Source: Candidatus Marsarchaeota archaeon (GTDB lineage Archaea > Micrarchaeota > Micrarchaeia > Micrarchaeales > Micrarchaeaceae). Taken from it: a stretch of 64,000 nucleotides of DNA. The stretch spans positions 2,046-66,045 of the forward strand of contig JAMCYG010000018.1 of assembly GCA_023473425.1 (NCBI GenBank), written 5' to 3'. Positions 1 through 9,710 of the stretch are shown here, piece by piece. The position numbers were made by a program, and so were the translations under genes. The notes beneath the pieces were generated by a model that had not been told where the DNA came from, made no database searches, and saw nothing but the letters and a program-made list of their open reading frames with translations. Numbering within the stretch: position 1 is the first letter of the stretch; every line of letters starts with the position of its first letter.

Positions 1-450
1 GCGCTTGGCACCCTCTTGCTAGAATGGTTTATAGTAGGTGTGATTGCCATGGTGCTGACGTTTATATTTGCAGCGACTTTCATTAGCACCGGCCTAGTTG
101 GCACTGGCGGATTGTCTCCTACTTTAGGCAATACGTGCATTGGCAGTATTGGATATATGTGCACGAACCTGTCCTACAGTGGCAGCCACCTGAATTTCAC
201 GTTTGGCCAGGCCACTGGCAGCAGCTGGACAGGCGTGATACTTTATGCTGTGCCATATAACACGTCTTTCTCGACTTCTGACGGCAACGATGCAATAGGC
301 AACCTTGCCTCAGGAAGCGTGACTGCTGTAAGCATACCAGTGCTTACTTCAGGAGGCAGCACATGGGTCGGCAGCATATGGGCAGTTTATAATGTTGGCA
401 ACACCACTAAGGAAAATGTGGTAGCCACTGTTTCAGCAACTGCTAAATGA
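1..450 (+). CDS. archaeal type IV pilin-like secreted protein (5' end outside window)
   Basis: The frame is open from base 1, with no stop before the listed start at 16. The N-terminal hydrophobic helix ..LEWFIVGVIAMVLTFIFAATFI resembles a class III (pilin/archaellin-type) signal-anchor. It is followed by a Gly/Ser/Thr-rich domain with several N-x-S/T sequons (NLS, NFT, NTS, NTT). Confidence 0.4.
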   Translation, partial: ALGTLLLEWFIVGVIAMVLTFIFAATFISTGLVGTGGLSPTLGNTCIGSIGYMCTNLSYSGSHLNFTFGQATGSSWTGVILYAVPYNTSFSTSDGNDAIGNLASGSVTAVSIPVLTSGGSTWVGSIWAVYNVGNTTKENVVATVSATAK

Positions 451-453
451 CCC

Positions 454-500
454 GCGCGGTTACCGCGCTTTCATTGTTTTCTTTTTCTTTCATTTGCTTT
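454..500 (+). terminator. GC hairpin plus T-rich tract downstream of the pilin-like gene
   Basis: GCGCGG-TTA-CCGCGC (454-468) lies directly after the stop at 448-450. It is followed by tttcattgttttctttttctttc; oligo-T tracts are archaeal termination signals. Confidence 0.3.
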
Positions 501-590
501 TTCATTTTTCGTCTTTCTTACCATGATTTAGAACTGCCGGAGTTGCATGGTGCTTTTAAATGTTATGATAGATATTAAACTGGTGATTGG

Positions 591-1220
591 TTGTCATATC
601 AGGATAACTTAAAGAACGCCTTTGGAGTGCTTTTGCATCCAGGGAAGGAAACAAAACGACAGATGGGTATCGGCGAATCGCTGAAGTTTTACTACAGCGT
701 GATGATAATACCAATGATACTGGGTATTATATTGGGCGCTGTCATCGGGATGTCTTCAGGTGGGGCCGTAGCGATGATATCCGCCGTGCTGCTGGACTAC
801 GTAATAGTATTTCCGATAGTCAGCATACTTGTTGGTGCTGGAATATATCATGCCATAATAGGCAAGCTGTTCAAGCTGTACAAGGGCAACTATGAGAGAG
901 TGGTGAATGCATTCACGTACATGATTATACCATTCTTACTCATATACTGGATAGTGCTGCCTTTGTCCGTAAACAGCAGCCTGCTTGGGAGCACCGTAGC
1001 GGTGAACGGAATTCCCAGCGGCGTAAGCGCGCTTGCACCCATCGGATTGTTACTGACAGTGATCTTTGGAATATGGGCATTGATAGTAAGCGTTATTGCG
1101 CTTTCTACGCAGCTCAACATATCCAGAGTGAAGGCGTTCGGCACGATGGTCCTTGAAGGTGTCATCATCGGCATTATATATCTGGTAGTAGTGTTGATGG
1201 TGACCGCGATAGCGCTATAA
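591..1220 (+). CDS. polytopic membrane protein, Yip1-domain-like
   Basis: 209-aa ORF with a TTG start, a short polar N-terminus and about five hydrophobic helices. The layout resembles Yip1-family membrane proteins. The antisense ORF 890..1174 is ignored. Confidence 0.4.
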   Translation: MSYQDNLKNAFGVLLHPGKETKRQMGIGESLKFYYSVMIIPMILGIILGAVIGMSSGGAVAMISAVLLDYVIVFPIVSILVGAGIYHAIIGKLFKLYKGNYERVVNAFTYMIIPFLLIYWIVLPLSVNSSLLGSTVAVNGIPSGVSALAPIGLLLTVIFGIWALIVSVIALSTQLNISRVKAFGTMVLEGVIIGIIYLVVVLMVTAIAL

Positions 1221-1329
1221 TAATTGGCGCAGGGAGCATGCTCCGGCCTGACCCCTTATACTTTTTTCCTTTTTCTTTCTGATTTTCCTTCAGTATCTGG
1301 CAAAAAGCCTTAACGCGAGTGTCCATGGC

Positions 1330-2016
1330 CTACTTGCCTCCGTTGATCTCCTTCCCCATCAGGTACAGCTCTGTAGCGAGCTTTATCTTGGAGACGCTGT
1401 GCAGTATCACCCTCCCTGTTCCGGTGAAGTTGGCAAGGAATAAGCCTACGCCGCCGAACATGGCCGTGCGCACGTTGTCTACTCCTCTTATAGTGTAGTT
1501 AAGGCTAGAATCGAAAGCGGCGATGTGGCCGGGGTCAACCTCTATATGGTTCGTGCCATCGAGGTCGTGACTTATTGTGTCACCGACCACATGTATGAAC
1601 ACCTTTCCAGGGCCGATAAACTTCTGCAACATTAGGCCAGCCCCGCCCCAGAATGCCGCGCCCATGCTCACTCTCTGAAGCGTAAAATTGACACTCTCCT
1701 CTACAGCGAGCAGCGCACTGTGCTCAACTGCAAGACCTTGATCCGGCCCGAGGTCCACTTCGACGACCTTGCCAGGCAGCGTACCGCTGACGGACACGAC
1801 GCCCTCGCCGCTCTTTGACTGAAACTCTGTAAGCATCGCTGTGGAACCTGTGGCCTTCCTCTCTATAGCCTTGATGAGGCCGCCAGCTATTCTTGGCGTC
1901 ATGCTAATGTTATCGCTCTTGCTCAGAAGATGCCCCGAATCCGCATATATCTTCTCGCCCTCTTCTAATATGATGTTCAGCGCCTGCATGCTTTCTCCAG
2001 CTATCTGGTATTTCAT
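1330..2016 (-). CDS. AIM24/DUF124 (TIGR00266) family protein
   Basis: From the internal Met (ATG at 2016) it reads MKYQIAGESMQALNIILEEGEKIYADSGHLL...GAAFWGGAGLMLQKFIGPGKVFI...MFGGVGLFLANFTGTGRVIL, typical of DUF124. The longer ORF reaching 2274 would overlap truD and its extension is Cys/Ser-rich junk. Confidence 0.7.
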   Translation of the reverse strand: MKYQIAGESMQALNIILEEGEKIYADSGHLLSKSDNISMTPRIAGGLIKAIERKATGSTAMLTEFQSKSGEGVVSVSGTLPGKVVEVDLGPDQGLAVEHSALLAVEESVNFTLQRVSMGAAFWGGAGLMLQKFIGPGKVFIHVVGDTISHDLDGTNHIEVDPGHIAAFDSSLNYTIRGVDNVRTAMFGGVGLFLANFTGTGRVILHSVSKIKLATELYLMGKEINGGK

Positions 2017-2077
2017 ATGCACACCGTAAAGCAATTGCCTGCCATGATTTAAAACCCTTGCAGGATAATATAGGTCC

Positions 2078-3316
2078 ATGCACAGGCTTTCAAAGCAGCG
2101 CAGGCAGGCTGCAGCCCTTAAGCAGAGCCCAGAGGACTTCGTAGTCGAGGAGATAACTGAGTCAGGACAAATCCTGGAAGTCGGAAGGGCGTACGATGCA
2201 GAGTCAGCAGGCATGTCCGCATCCGATGATGGAAAGTTTACCACCTTTGTACTGCAGAAAAGGGACTGGAACACTACTCAAGCACTGTTGCGCATAGCGA
2301 AGGCCCGCGGGCGCGGCAGAAAATCTATCGGATTCGCAGGAACGAAGGATAGGACATCCATTTCCACGCAGCTGTGCAGCGTATATGGCATAACTCCAGA
2401 TGAATTAGCATCTGTGCGGATCAAAGACATATCAATCAACGGCGCATGGAAGAGCAAGAGTGGAATAAAGCTCGGGGACCTTAAGGGCAATAGGTTTACA
2501 GTTACGGCAAGAGGAGTATCAGACCTCGAATCCGTATCAGGCATAGATAAGGAGCTCGGCGGGTTCTTCCCAAACTACTTCGGCGAGCAGAGGTTCGGTT
2601 TCAGGAATAACAATGTAGAGATAGGCATAGCAATTATGAAAGGGGACTTCAGAAGCGCAGTAATGTCCTTCCTGACCGATGCTAACAACGAAACTAATGC
2701 TGAAGCTGTCGAAGCACGGAGGAAGCTTTCTGAGACGCAAGACTTTGAGAAAGGGCTGAATTACTTCCCGAAATATCTTAAGTACGAGCGCACGGTGCTC
2801 GGGCACCTCTCAACGCATAGCACGGACTTTGCTGGCGCACTGAGGAAGCTGCCGCGCCAGCTGTCACTAATGTTTGTGCATTCCGTAGAGAGCGATATGT
2901 TCAACAAGGTAGTCGAGGCCAGGATCCGCGACGGCACAATCATGCCTTCTGAAGGCGACATAGCGTGCGGTGCTGACGCAGCAGGCTGGCCAGACCTTAA
3001 CAATGTATACACTGTTGGAGCAAGGAAGCAGAGCGGTTTTCTGGTAGGAAATATAATAGGGTACAACACGCAGAAGCTTGACAGGTATGAGCGTGAAGTG
3101 CTGGACGAGAGGGGTATAGAGCCAGAAGCATTCAAGCTGAAAGGCATGCCTGAACTCAGCTGCAAGGGCTCTACAAGGCTGCTGTTCGCGCCGTACATCG
3201 GGTTCCGCGCAGTAGTTAAGGATGAGAGCATTGTATTGGGATTCTCATTGCCTGCAGGGTCATATGCGACCGTGCTGCTTGATGAGTTCATAGAGGGCCA
3301 TTCGGAGCAGACTTAG
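2078..3316 (+). CDS. truD: tRNA pseudouridine synthase TruD/Pus7 family
   Basis: 412 aa with the FPNYFGEQRFG motif and a GTKDR..ST catalytic-Asp region (FAGTKDRTSISTQ). Confidence 0.85.
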   Translation: MHRLSKQRRQAAALKQSPEDFVVEEITESGQILEVGRAYDAESAGMSASDDGKFTTFVLQKRDWNTTQALLRIAKARGRGRKSIGFAGTKDRTSISTQLCSVYGITPDELASVRIKDISINGAWKSKSGIKLGDLKGNRFTVTARGVSDLESVSGIDKELGGFFPNYFGEQRFGFRNNNVEIGIAIMKGDFRSAVMSFLTDANNETNAEAVEARRKLSETQDFEKGLNYFPKYLKYERTVLGHLSTHSTDFAGALRKLPRQLSLMFVHSVESDMFNKVVEARIRDGTIMPSEGDIACGADAAGWPDLNNVYTVGARKQSGFLVGNIIGYNTQKLDRYEREVLDERGIEPEAFKLKGMPELSCKGSTRLLFAPYIGFRAVVKDESIVLGFSLPAGSYATVLLDEFIEGHSEQT

Positions 3317-3370
3317 CGGAAGAGAGGCTTTGTTAAAATAGGTGTAAGGCAGACATGCGCTGCTAAAATC

Positions 3371-4273
3371 TTATTCCCAATCAAGCATTGCCAGGCCCAC
3401 CGTCACCAACAGTAGCCCAGGCACATATGTCTGCCACGTTCCGGGGCTGACGATGAGAAAGTATATTACCACAGGTATGAGCTGGAGATCTGAGAGTATG
3501 TACCCAGTGGCTACGGAACCGCGCCCTACCAGCGAAAGGACCTTCATCATGGTAGTTTCAAGGTAGAATGAGGCGAGCAGCACAACGCCAACTATAACTG
3601 CAAGCAGCAAGTATTCGCCTGTTATCAACGGTATGAAAGATTCATGGGTGAAGAAAAGCAGTGCCATGCCGTATACTACCACCTGGGGTGCTTGTATGAA
3701 GAACATTGTGGTAAACTTGCTTTTTATGTGCTTCGCAGAGAGGTAGTAGAAGTATGTTGCAGCGCCATAGAAAGCTGCAATTATTATACCAAAGACTATG
3801 GTCTGGGTGTTAAGCACGTATGCCCCTTTCTGGATCGCAAGAGACTCAATCACAAGACCGCCAGCTATTACCGCAGATGCAAGCGAATATGTGGCTATGT
3901 TTATTTTGCGCCTGGCCGTGAGCCACAATAGCAGCGTAAAGATGATTATCTCGGCTGCACTAAATGCGCTTGCAGCAGGCACGCCATTCGTGGCTATCAG
4001 CACATAGAACACGTAGTTTCCTACAGAGTAGAGGAAGCTTGAGACAACAGGATATTTTAGGTCCGACAGCCTCTCAACTCTTACATCACCCTTAGCTATC
4101 ACGAACACGATAGCGGCAGATGTAGCTTCTATTAGCAGCCACGGGAACAAAGGACTAATATAAGGAGAGCGGGATACCAGCGAACCGGAGAGCAGATACC
4201 ACAGCGAGTACATCAACGATGTGGCTATGGCAAACGCATACCCTTTGTACTTCATAGACAGCATGTTATGCAC
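3371..4273 (-). CDS. DMT/EamA-like 10-TM membrane transporter
   Basis: 300 aa, uniformly hydrophobic, with about ten helices in two similar halves. No specific substrate motif recognised. Confidence 0.45.
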   Translation of the reverse strand: MHNMLSMKYKGYAFAIATSLMYSLWYLLSGSLVSRSPYISPLFPWLLIEATSAAIVFVIAKGDVRVERLSDLKYPVVSSFLYSVGNYVFYVLIATNGVPAASAFSAAEIIIFTLLLWLTARRKINIATYSLASAVIAGGLVIESLAIQKGAYVLNTQTIVFGIIIAAFYGAATYFYYLSAKHIKSKFTTMFFIQAPQVVVYGMALLFFTHESFIPLITGEYLLLAVIVGVVLLASFYLETTMMKVLSLVGRGSVATGYILSDLQLIPVVIYFLIVSPGTWQTYVPGLLLVTVGLAMLDWE

Positions 4274-4303
4274 CTCTCCTACTCTCTCAGCCTATGCCGA
4301 GTG

Positions 4304-4429
4304 CGCCAGGGTTGGGATTTGAACCCAAAAGTCCTTGCGGACACCGGTTGGCCTGTTGCATCACTATTCAGCTCTCGAATGATTTTGCAATCTCGAGACC
4401 GGCGCGATACCAGATTCCGCCACCCTGGC
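4304..4429 (-). tRNA. tRNA-Ser(CGA) with 42-nt intron (4350..4391) at the canonical 37/38 position
   Basis: The reverse complement folds as GCCAGGG/CCCTGGC acceptor, discriminator G, and D arm GCG..CGC. The anticodon stem CCGGT/ACCGG closes only after removing 42 nt following CTCGAG. It has a long variable arm GTCC-GCAA-GGAC and a T arm TTGGG-TTCAAAT-CCCAA. No encoded CCA. Confidence 0.8.
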
Positions 4430-4452
4430 ATGTACTGCATCTCCGCCCCATG

Positions 4453-4462
4453 CTTATATATC
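4453..4462 (-). promoter_or_regulatory. TATA-box-like element upstream of tRNA-Ser
   Basis: cttatatatc lies about 24-33 nt upstream of the tRNA 5' end at 4429. Comparable A/T boxes sit at similar distances upstream of all seven tRNA genes. Confidence 0.35.
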
Positions 4463-4582
4463 GCGATGGGCGCTCAGGAACCTTACGGCACCCATAGGAT
4501 TTATAGGCTTCGGATAGCAATATCTATAAGCCTTAAGCCTTTATAGCTTTATTCACAACGTAAGAATGTAAAGTATGGTTTC

Positions 4583-6136
4583 ATGGTAACCGATCTCGCT
4601 GACAAGGGCTTCCTTGTCAGGCTGTTCAGTGTAGCTCTGTTCGTGTTCCTTGCAGTGGCAGGTATCGGTTTCGTGCTGTACCTGTTCGTTATAGCGGATA
4701 GTGCATACATGTTTGTACTGGCAATAGCGTTCGCTACGCTTACAGTTGTAGCAGGCTTCTTCAACATCTTTGCCGCGCTCGTTTACTACAGGTCATATTT
4801 CTATGATAGGTATCTGGAAAAGATAAACAGGGCGCTGAAGCACAGTGGAAGAAAGCCGACCGTAGCCGTGGTAATGCCGGTATTCAATGAGGATGCTGCT
4901 CTCGTCGAGAGGAACATGCTTAGACTCAAGGACATGAAATACCCGGAGGACAAGATAAAGTTTTATATGATAGACGATTCGACAGTGCAGTCGACAGCCT
5001 CTGAGCTGGAGAGATTCAGCAAGGCAAACGGTATAGTATATGTGCACAGGACTGCTAGAAAGGGGTTCAAGGCAGGAGCACTGAACAACATGCTCAAAAG
5101 GTCGAAGGAGGAGCTCATCGCCATATTCGACTATGATGAGTACCTCACTAACACAAACTTCCTTCTAGACCTAATACCCTACTTCGATGACGAGAGACTG
5201 GCGTACGTCCAGACCGAGAAGAGCACGTTCAATGGCAACTTTTTTGCCAATGCCGTGAAGCTGTTTGATGGATTTTTCTTTAAGTTCATACAGACTGCAA
5301 GAGCATTGAACAACACTGCAATATATGCCGGCTCATGCGGCTTGATAAGGAGGAAGGCGATAGATGCGATAGGAGGGTTCCCTGAATACGTGATAGAGGA
5401 TACGTTCTTCAGCTTCGAATCTGACAGGAGGAATTTTAGGAGCATATACATACCAAAGGTATATGCGTATGGGAAGCCAATATCCACCTTCACCGCGCTT
5501 GCAAAGCAGCAGTGGAGGTACAACTACGGCGACACGCAGTTCATCAGCTACTTCTTCAAGTTCAGGAAGTCGATGAAGAGCTCGCCGCTTACACGGATGG
5601 ATTACATAACGCACGGATTCGGCTTGAACTACCTCTCAATAGTGCTGATACTATTCACGCTCGTATCGGTGCTCATAGTATTCTCGTCTCTTCCGTTCCT
5701 TCACATGACCATAAGGCACTTCTTCAACCAGACATACATAGGCTTAGATCTTGAAATAATAGGGATAATCGCCTTCATGGCTTCCCTGCTCGCACCAGTT
5801 ATGCTTGCAAAGATATATTTCAAGTCTACAATGAAAGGATTTATGGTATTCGTGCTCAACTTCAGCCTTGCTGTGATAAGGACGAAGGCCGCGATAGCAG
5901 CGCTTAGACACAAGAACCCATCATTCAATTGGAACAGAAAGAACGAGAAGCCCAGGCCGCACAGCCTGATGTCCAGCCTGGTAAATACAAAGACAGAGCT
6001 AACGCTTTCGCTCGGCCTGTTTTCGCTCGGTGCGCTCTCAGTATTATACTTCCACAACATAGCAGGCGGAATGTGGCTGCTCTGGTATGGCGTGATGTAC
6101 AGCGCCGCGACTGTGCTGTTCTATAGATATGGATGA
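4583..6136 (+). CDS. family 2 glycosyltransferase, membrane-embedded processive (cellulose/chitin-synthase-like) type
   Basis: Two N-terminal TM helices are followed by a GT-A domain (VMPVFNED, MIDDS, FDYDE), then a Q-x-x-R-W-like motif (KQQWRYNYG) and C-terminal TM helices. Confidence 0.8.
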   Translation: MVTDLADKGFLVRLFSVALFVFLAVAGIGFVLYLFVIADSAYMFVLAIAFATLTVVAGFFNIFAALVYYRSYFYDRYLEKINRALKHSGRKPTVAVVMPVFNEDAALVERNMLRLKDMKYPEDKIKFYMIDDSTVQSTASELERFSKANGIVYVHRTARKGFKAGALNNMLKRSKEELIAIFDYDEYLTNTNFLLDLIPYFDDERLAYVQTEKSTFNGNFFANAVKLFDGFFFKFIQTARALNNTAIYAGSCGLIRRKAIDAIGGFPEYVIEDTFFSFESDRRNFRSIYIPKVYAYGKPISTFTALAKQQWRYNYGDTQFISYFFKFRKSMKSSPLTRMDYITHGFGLNYLSIVLILFTLVSVLIVFSSLPFLHMTIRHFFNQTYIGLDLEIIGIIAFMASLLAPVMLAKIYFKSTMKGFMVFVLNFSLAVIRTKAAIAALRHKNPSFNWNRKNEKPRPHSLMSSLVNTKTELTLSLGLFSLGALSVLYFHNIAGGMWLLWYGVMYSAATVLFYRYG

Positions 6137-6145
6137 GATGATGCA

Positions 6146-6457
6146 TTGATATTTCTAAAGATACACAAAAGCGAGAACGGCGATATGGTGGCCATGTGCG
6201 ACGAGTCGCTCATAAGCAGCGTGATAAGCGAAGGCGCAATAGAGATAAACATAAGGGACTATTCGGATTTCTACAAGGGAGACTTGGTCTCAAAAGAAGA
6301 CGCTGCGGGCATGGTGGACCCCAAAACTATTTATACAGCCAATATAGTTGGAGAGGAAGCAGTCAGCGCGGCAATAGAAGCCAACGTTATAGATTCGGGA
6401 AGCGTCAAGAGGGCAGGGAGTGTACCGTACGCCCAAGCCTTCAGGGTAAGAAAATAA
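6146..6457 (+). CDS. DUF424 family protein
   Basis: 103 aa reading MIFLKIHKSENGDMVAMCDESLISSVISEGAIEINIRDYSDFYKGDLVS...ANIVGEEAVSAAIEANVID...VPYAQAF. This matches the conserved archaeal DUF424 pattern. Confidence 0.65.
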   Translation: MIFLKIHKSENGDMVAMCDESLISSVISEGAIEINIRDYSDFYKGDLVSKEDAAGMVDPKTIYTANIVGEEAVSAAIEANVIDSGSVKRAGSVPYAQAFRVRK

Positions 6458-6485
6458 GGATTGGACAGCTTGACGCAATCGAGAC

Positions 6486-6839
6486 TCAACTGCCTTCCTT
6501 GAGGCGCATAATCGCGCTGGCTATGTCCCCTTTGCTCTCCTCAAGTGCTGCCTTCGCCCTGCTTGGATCATAAACTCCGCTCTGCTCCATCACGAGCTTG
6601 ACGTCGTCATCAGTAATCTCCACCTTTGCCTGCTCGGCTGCCTGCTCGCTAACATTGCCTGCAACGCTGAACGTTACCATGCCTTGAGCATCTATTCTGG
6701 TAACCTGCGGGTCTGATATGATGATATGCCTGTCTGGGCACTCTATTACTACCCTCAGCGCATCAACATCAGTAGACTTGATCCCCATCTTCTCCATTAT
6801 GCTCTTCATCTGCTTCGGATCCATATTTGGCAACATCAC
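6486..6839 (-). CDS. nac: nascent polypeptide-associated complex protein (NAC domain + C-terminal UBA)
   Basis: 117 aa reading PKQMKSIMEKMGIKSTDVDALRVVIECPDRHIIISDPQVTRIDAQGMVTFSV, with a UBA-like C-terminal tail. Confidence 0.85.
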   Translation of the reverse strand: MMLPNMDPKQMKSIMEKMGIKSTDVDALRVVIECPDRHIIISDPQVTRIDAQGMVTFSVAGNVSEQAAEQAKVEITDDDVKLVMEQSGVYDPSRAKAALEESKGDIASAIMRLKEGS

Positions 6840-6840
6840 A

Positions 6841-7482
6841 TCACCTCGGCTTTAGCGCGTTTATTATTTCTGTAGTGGTGGCTCTTATTCCTATCCTCGG
6901 GAATATGTTGCCGACCGTGCCATCATGCTCTTCCTTGGTCATGGCAGCCATTGCATCTGTCGCAAATATCTGGTTGTAATTATGGTGGTATGCATCTCTA
7001 GCGGTCGACTCCACGCCTATGTTGGTTGATATGCCACACAAAACTATCGTATCTATGTGCCTCCTCCTCAGCTGCAGGTCAAGATCCGTTCCGTAGAAAG
7101 CGCTCCAGTTGTGCTTGAGTATCACATGGTCGGAATCAGACACTCCAAGCTCAGGCATAATGTCGGCCCAGTCCGCAGCCATATGCCTGCTGGCCATGCT
7201 TATTGACTGCTCTGCATTCACAGAAGGCATGTCTTTGCCATCCGTCGAGCCAACGTGCACAGGTACAATAAACGCACCAGCAGCCCTCAATGCTGAAACA
7301 AGCTTAGAGGCGTTTTCCACGACCTTCGCGCCATCTATTGGTGCAAGCGGCCTCCCGGTGGCTGCTATACCCTTCTGTAGATCTATTATGACCAGGGCAG
7401 TCCTGCCCGGTTCTATCTTCAGCTCTGTCATCATTTCACCTTCAGTTAGAATAACGTGCACATTTTGATTTATATTATTCAT
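6841..7482 (-). CDS. isochorismatase-family cysteine hydrolase
   Basis: Contains ALVIIDLQKG (Asp), a conserved Lys region and TIVLCGISTNIGVESTARDA (nucleophile Cys). The start may be an internal Met (MMTELK). Confidence 0.8.
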   Translation of the reverse strand: MNNINQNVHVILTEGEMMTELKIEPGRTALVIIDLQKGIAATGRPLAPIDGAKVVENASKLVSALRAAGAFIVPVHVGSTDGKDMPSVNAEQSISMASRHMAADWADIMPELGVSDSDHVILKHNWSAFYGTDLDLQLRRRHIDTIVLCGISTNIGVESTARDAYHHNYNQIFATDAMAAMTKEEHDGTVGNIFPRIGIRATTTEIINALKPR

Positions 7483-7594
7483 TGCATGCGCAGTATATTA
7501 TGCTATTCTGCACACAGGGATATGTGCTGTTGGAAAGACATAAAGAACCTGTCTGCATTAGGATTGACAGGAATGGCTGGTATGCAGTGGTGAC

Positions 7595-8554
7595 ATGGAA
7601 AATAAAACAAATGCAGCTTCAGGTGTATCAAGAACTTACAGCGGAGGTATCGCAGCATTAATCGATTTCCTCATATTTGTAATTCTCATTGGAGGAGGGT
7701 ATTATGTAGGAAATATTCCTTATGCGGTCGCAGGATTCTTTCTAAGCCTGATACTTATTCTCACGCTTTCTGTAAGAGTTCTGAGCGAGTGGAACAGGAA
7801 GGCAGTGCTAAGATTTGGGAGATACAAAGGGATAATAGGACCGGGAATATTTCTTATTGTGCCAATAGTGGACGCCACAACATCCACTATAGATACAAGA
7901 GTGCTAAGCACCTCGTTTAAAGCCGAGAAGACGCTCACTAAGGACAATGTACCCGTAGATGTGGATGCGATACTTTTCTGGCAGGTAAAGGATGTAGAGA
8001 AAACAATACTTAATGTTCAGTCGTACTACAATTCTGTTCTTCTGGCTTCGCAGACAGCAATGAGGGATGTCATAGGCAAAAGCGAACTTTCCACGATGCT
8101 TGCAGGCAGGGACATAATAGGGAAAGATATAAAGGATCTCATAGAGGAACGCATACATTCATGGGGCATAGAAGCCATCTCTGTAGAGATAAGGGATGTC
8201 GCTATACCGCCGGAATTGCAGAGCGCCATGGCCAGGGTCGCCACATCCGATAGGGAGAAGCAGGCAAGGGTTATACTCGCAGAAAGTGAATCACTTGCCG
8301 CAGATAAAATGATTGAGGCGTCTGGCAAGTATGAGAAGGACCCGTACGCCATGCAGCTCAGGGCATTGAACATGATGTATGAGGTAAGCATATCAGGCAA
8401 GAACGTAATGGTATTCATACCTACGGAAACCAAGGGGCTTGCGCTCCCGATACCATTCGGTGTAAGAGGCCTGGACGACTTCATCAAAGAGCAGCAGCAA
8501 CAGGCGCAGAAGAAGCAGAAGCCACAGAAGAAGCAGGATGGAGATAATCAGTGA
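7595..8554 (+). CDS. SPFH/band-7 (stomatin-like) membrane protein
   Basis: An N-terminal TM hairpin is followed by the SPFH core (EWNRKAVLRFGRYKGIIGPGIFLIVPIVD...TKDNVPVDVDAILFWQV...AMRDVIG) and a Gln/Lys-rich tail. Confidence 0.85.
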   Translation: MENKTNAASGVSRTYSGGIAALIDFLIFVILIGGGYYVGNIPYAVAGFFLSLILILTLSVRVLSEWNRKAVLRFGRYKGIIGPGIFLIVPIVDATTSTIDTRVLSTSFKAEKTLTKDNVPVDVDAILFWQVKDVEKTILNVQSYYNSVLLASQTAMRDVIGKSELSTMLAGRDIIGKDIKDLIEERIHSWGIEAISVEIRDVAIPPELQSAMARVATSDREKQARVILAESESLAADKMIEASGKYEKDPYAMQLRALNMMYEVSISGKNVMVFIPTETKGLALPIPFGVRGLDDFIKEQQQQAQKKQKPQKKQDGDNQ

Positions 8555-8576
8555 ATGCAGGGTACAATTCCCCCAT

Positions 8577-9710
8577 TCACATCTTGCTGACCTTGCGCAT
8601 CAGCCTATCGAACTTGGTGAAGAAGGCGTTCCAAGAGTAATACTTCTCCACCCTCTTTCTCCCCTCTCTTCCCATTGCATCAGCGAGCTCGGCATTCTCC
8701 GCTATAAGAGCCATCCGCTTTGCCATCTCTTTTGGGCTGTTCACGAGGAAGCCAGTCTTGCCGTCGACTATCGTTTCAGTAGGGCCACCTTCGTTGACAG
8801 ATATGACAGGCTTGTAGCTTGCCATCCCTTCTAGAGGCACTATACCATAATCCTCGTTTATCGCAGCGAAAAGGACAGCTGTTGACCTCGAATACGCTTT
8901 CCTTAGTTCAACATCAGAGGGATTTGGCATGAATATTACATTCCTAACATCCATAGCCTTAAGCCTCTCATAATACTCCCTAAAATCGGCATATCTGTCG
9001 GACATGCTGCCAGCCAGAACTAGCTTGTAATCTCTGTACTTTCTGTCCTTTGTCAGTATAGAAAAAGCCTCTATTGCATAGTCCTGGCGCTTCTGCTCAG
9101 CTATTCTTGAAGGATATATAAAGTACTTGCCATCATCCGCGTTGTAGAAGTCCTTGTAGTCTATGCCCGGATTTATTATTTCCGCATTGCGCCCAAAAAT
9201 CCTTTTAATTCTGCCCCTGGTGACGCCGCTATTCGTCGCTATGGCTTCTATTTTCTTTACGACGCCCTTCTCCATGCGGGTATACACTCTGCCGAATCCC
9301 TTGTACATGATGCTTTCGCTTAAGGACTTTTTCCTGAGGTTTGCAACTGTAGGATCATAAAGCTCCCTGGGCGGCGTATGGCAATACCACAGCACCCTTG
9401 GATTCCTGTTGCGCACCCACTCGCTTGGAGACATATGAGAGTTTATTACGTCATAGTCCTCCTTTATCTTTAGGTTGTAGAACCCATAACCGTAGTGTAA
9501 GGCATTCGATACTCTTTTTGGGAGCACGTTCACAGAACTTCTCCTTTCCCTGAATACCTTTATATTCAATGCTTTAAACTCCTCAAACGTGCCCTTCGGG
9601 TCGTATCCAAGAGTATATATCGTGGCGTCATACCTCTGAGCAATCTTAAGTATCACCCTCTCTGCGCCGCCGCGGTCATTTATGCTATGCTGGGTAATTA
9701 CTAATTTCAT
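8577..9710 (-). CDS. GT4-family (group 1) glycosyltransferase
   Basis: GT-B fold pattern with C-terminal domain motif FAAINEDYGIVPLEGMASYKPVISVNEGGPTETI. Its ATG overlaps the upstream gene's TGA (ATGA at 9707-9710). Confidence 0.8.
   Translation of the reverse strand: MKLVITQHSINDRGGAERVILKIAQRYDATIYTLGYDPKGTFEEFKALNIKVFRERRSSVNVLPKRVSNALHYGYGFYNLKIKEDYDVINSHMSPSEWVRNRNPRVLWYCHTPPRELYDPTVANLRKKSLSESIMYKGFGRVYTRMEKGVVKKIEAIATNSGVTRGRIKRIFGRNAEIINPGIDYKDFYNADDGKYFIYPSRIAEQKRQDYAIEAFSILTKDRKYRDYKLVLAGSMSDRYADFREYYERLKAMDVRNVIFMPNPSDVELRKAYSRSTAVLFAAINEDYGIVPLEGMASYKPVISVNEGGPTETIVDGKTGFLVNSPKEMAKRMALIAENAELADAMGREGRKRVEKYYSWNAFFTKFDRLMRKVSKM

Noticed and set aside
2017-2274. N-terminal extension of the AIM24/DUF124 ORF (track lists 1330..2274)
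   Set aside because: The extension is Cys/Ser-rich, has no family resemblance and overlaps the truD start. The conserved domain begins at the internal Met (2016).
4268-4546. ORFs 4268..4546 and 4294..4497 (+)
   Set aside because: They overlap the tRNA-Ser gene and its promoter. The same applies to 10743..11126 (tRNA-Ala), 21133..21351 (tRNA-Val), 34172..34354 and 34351..34602 (tRNA-Tyr/Asp), and 54876..55130 (tRNA-Leu).
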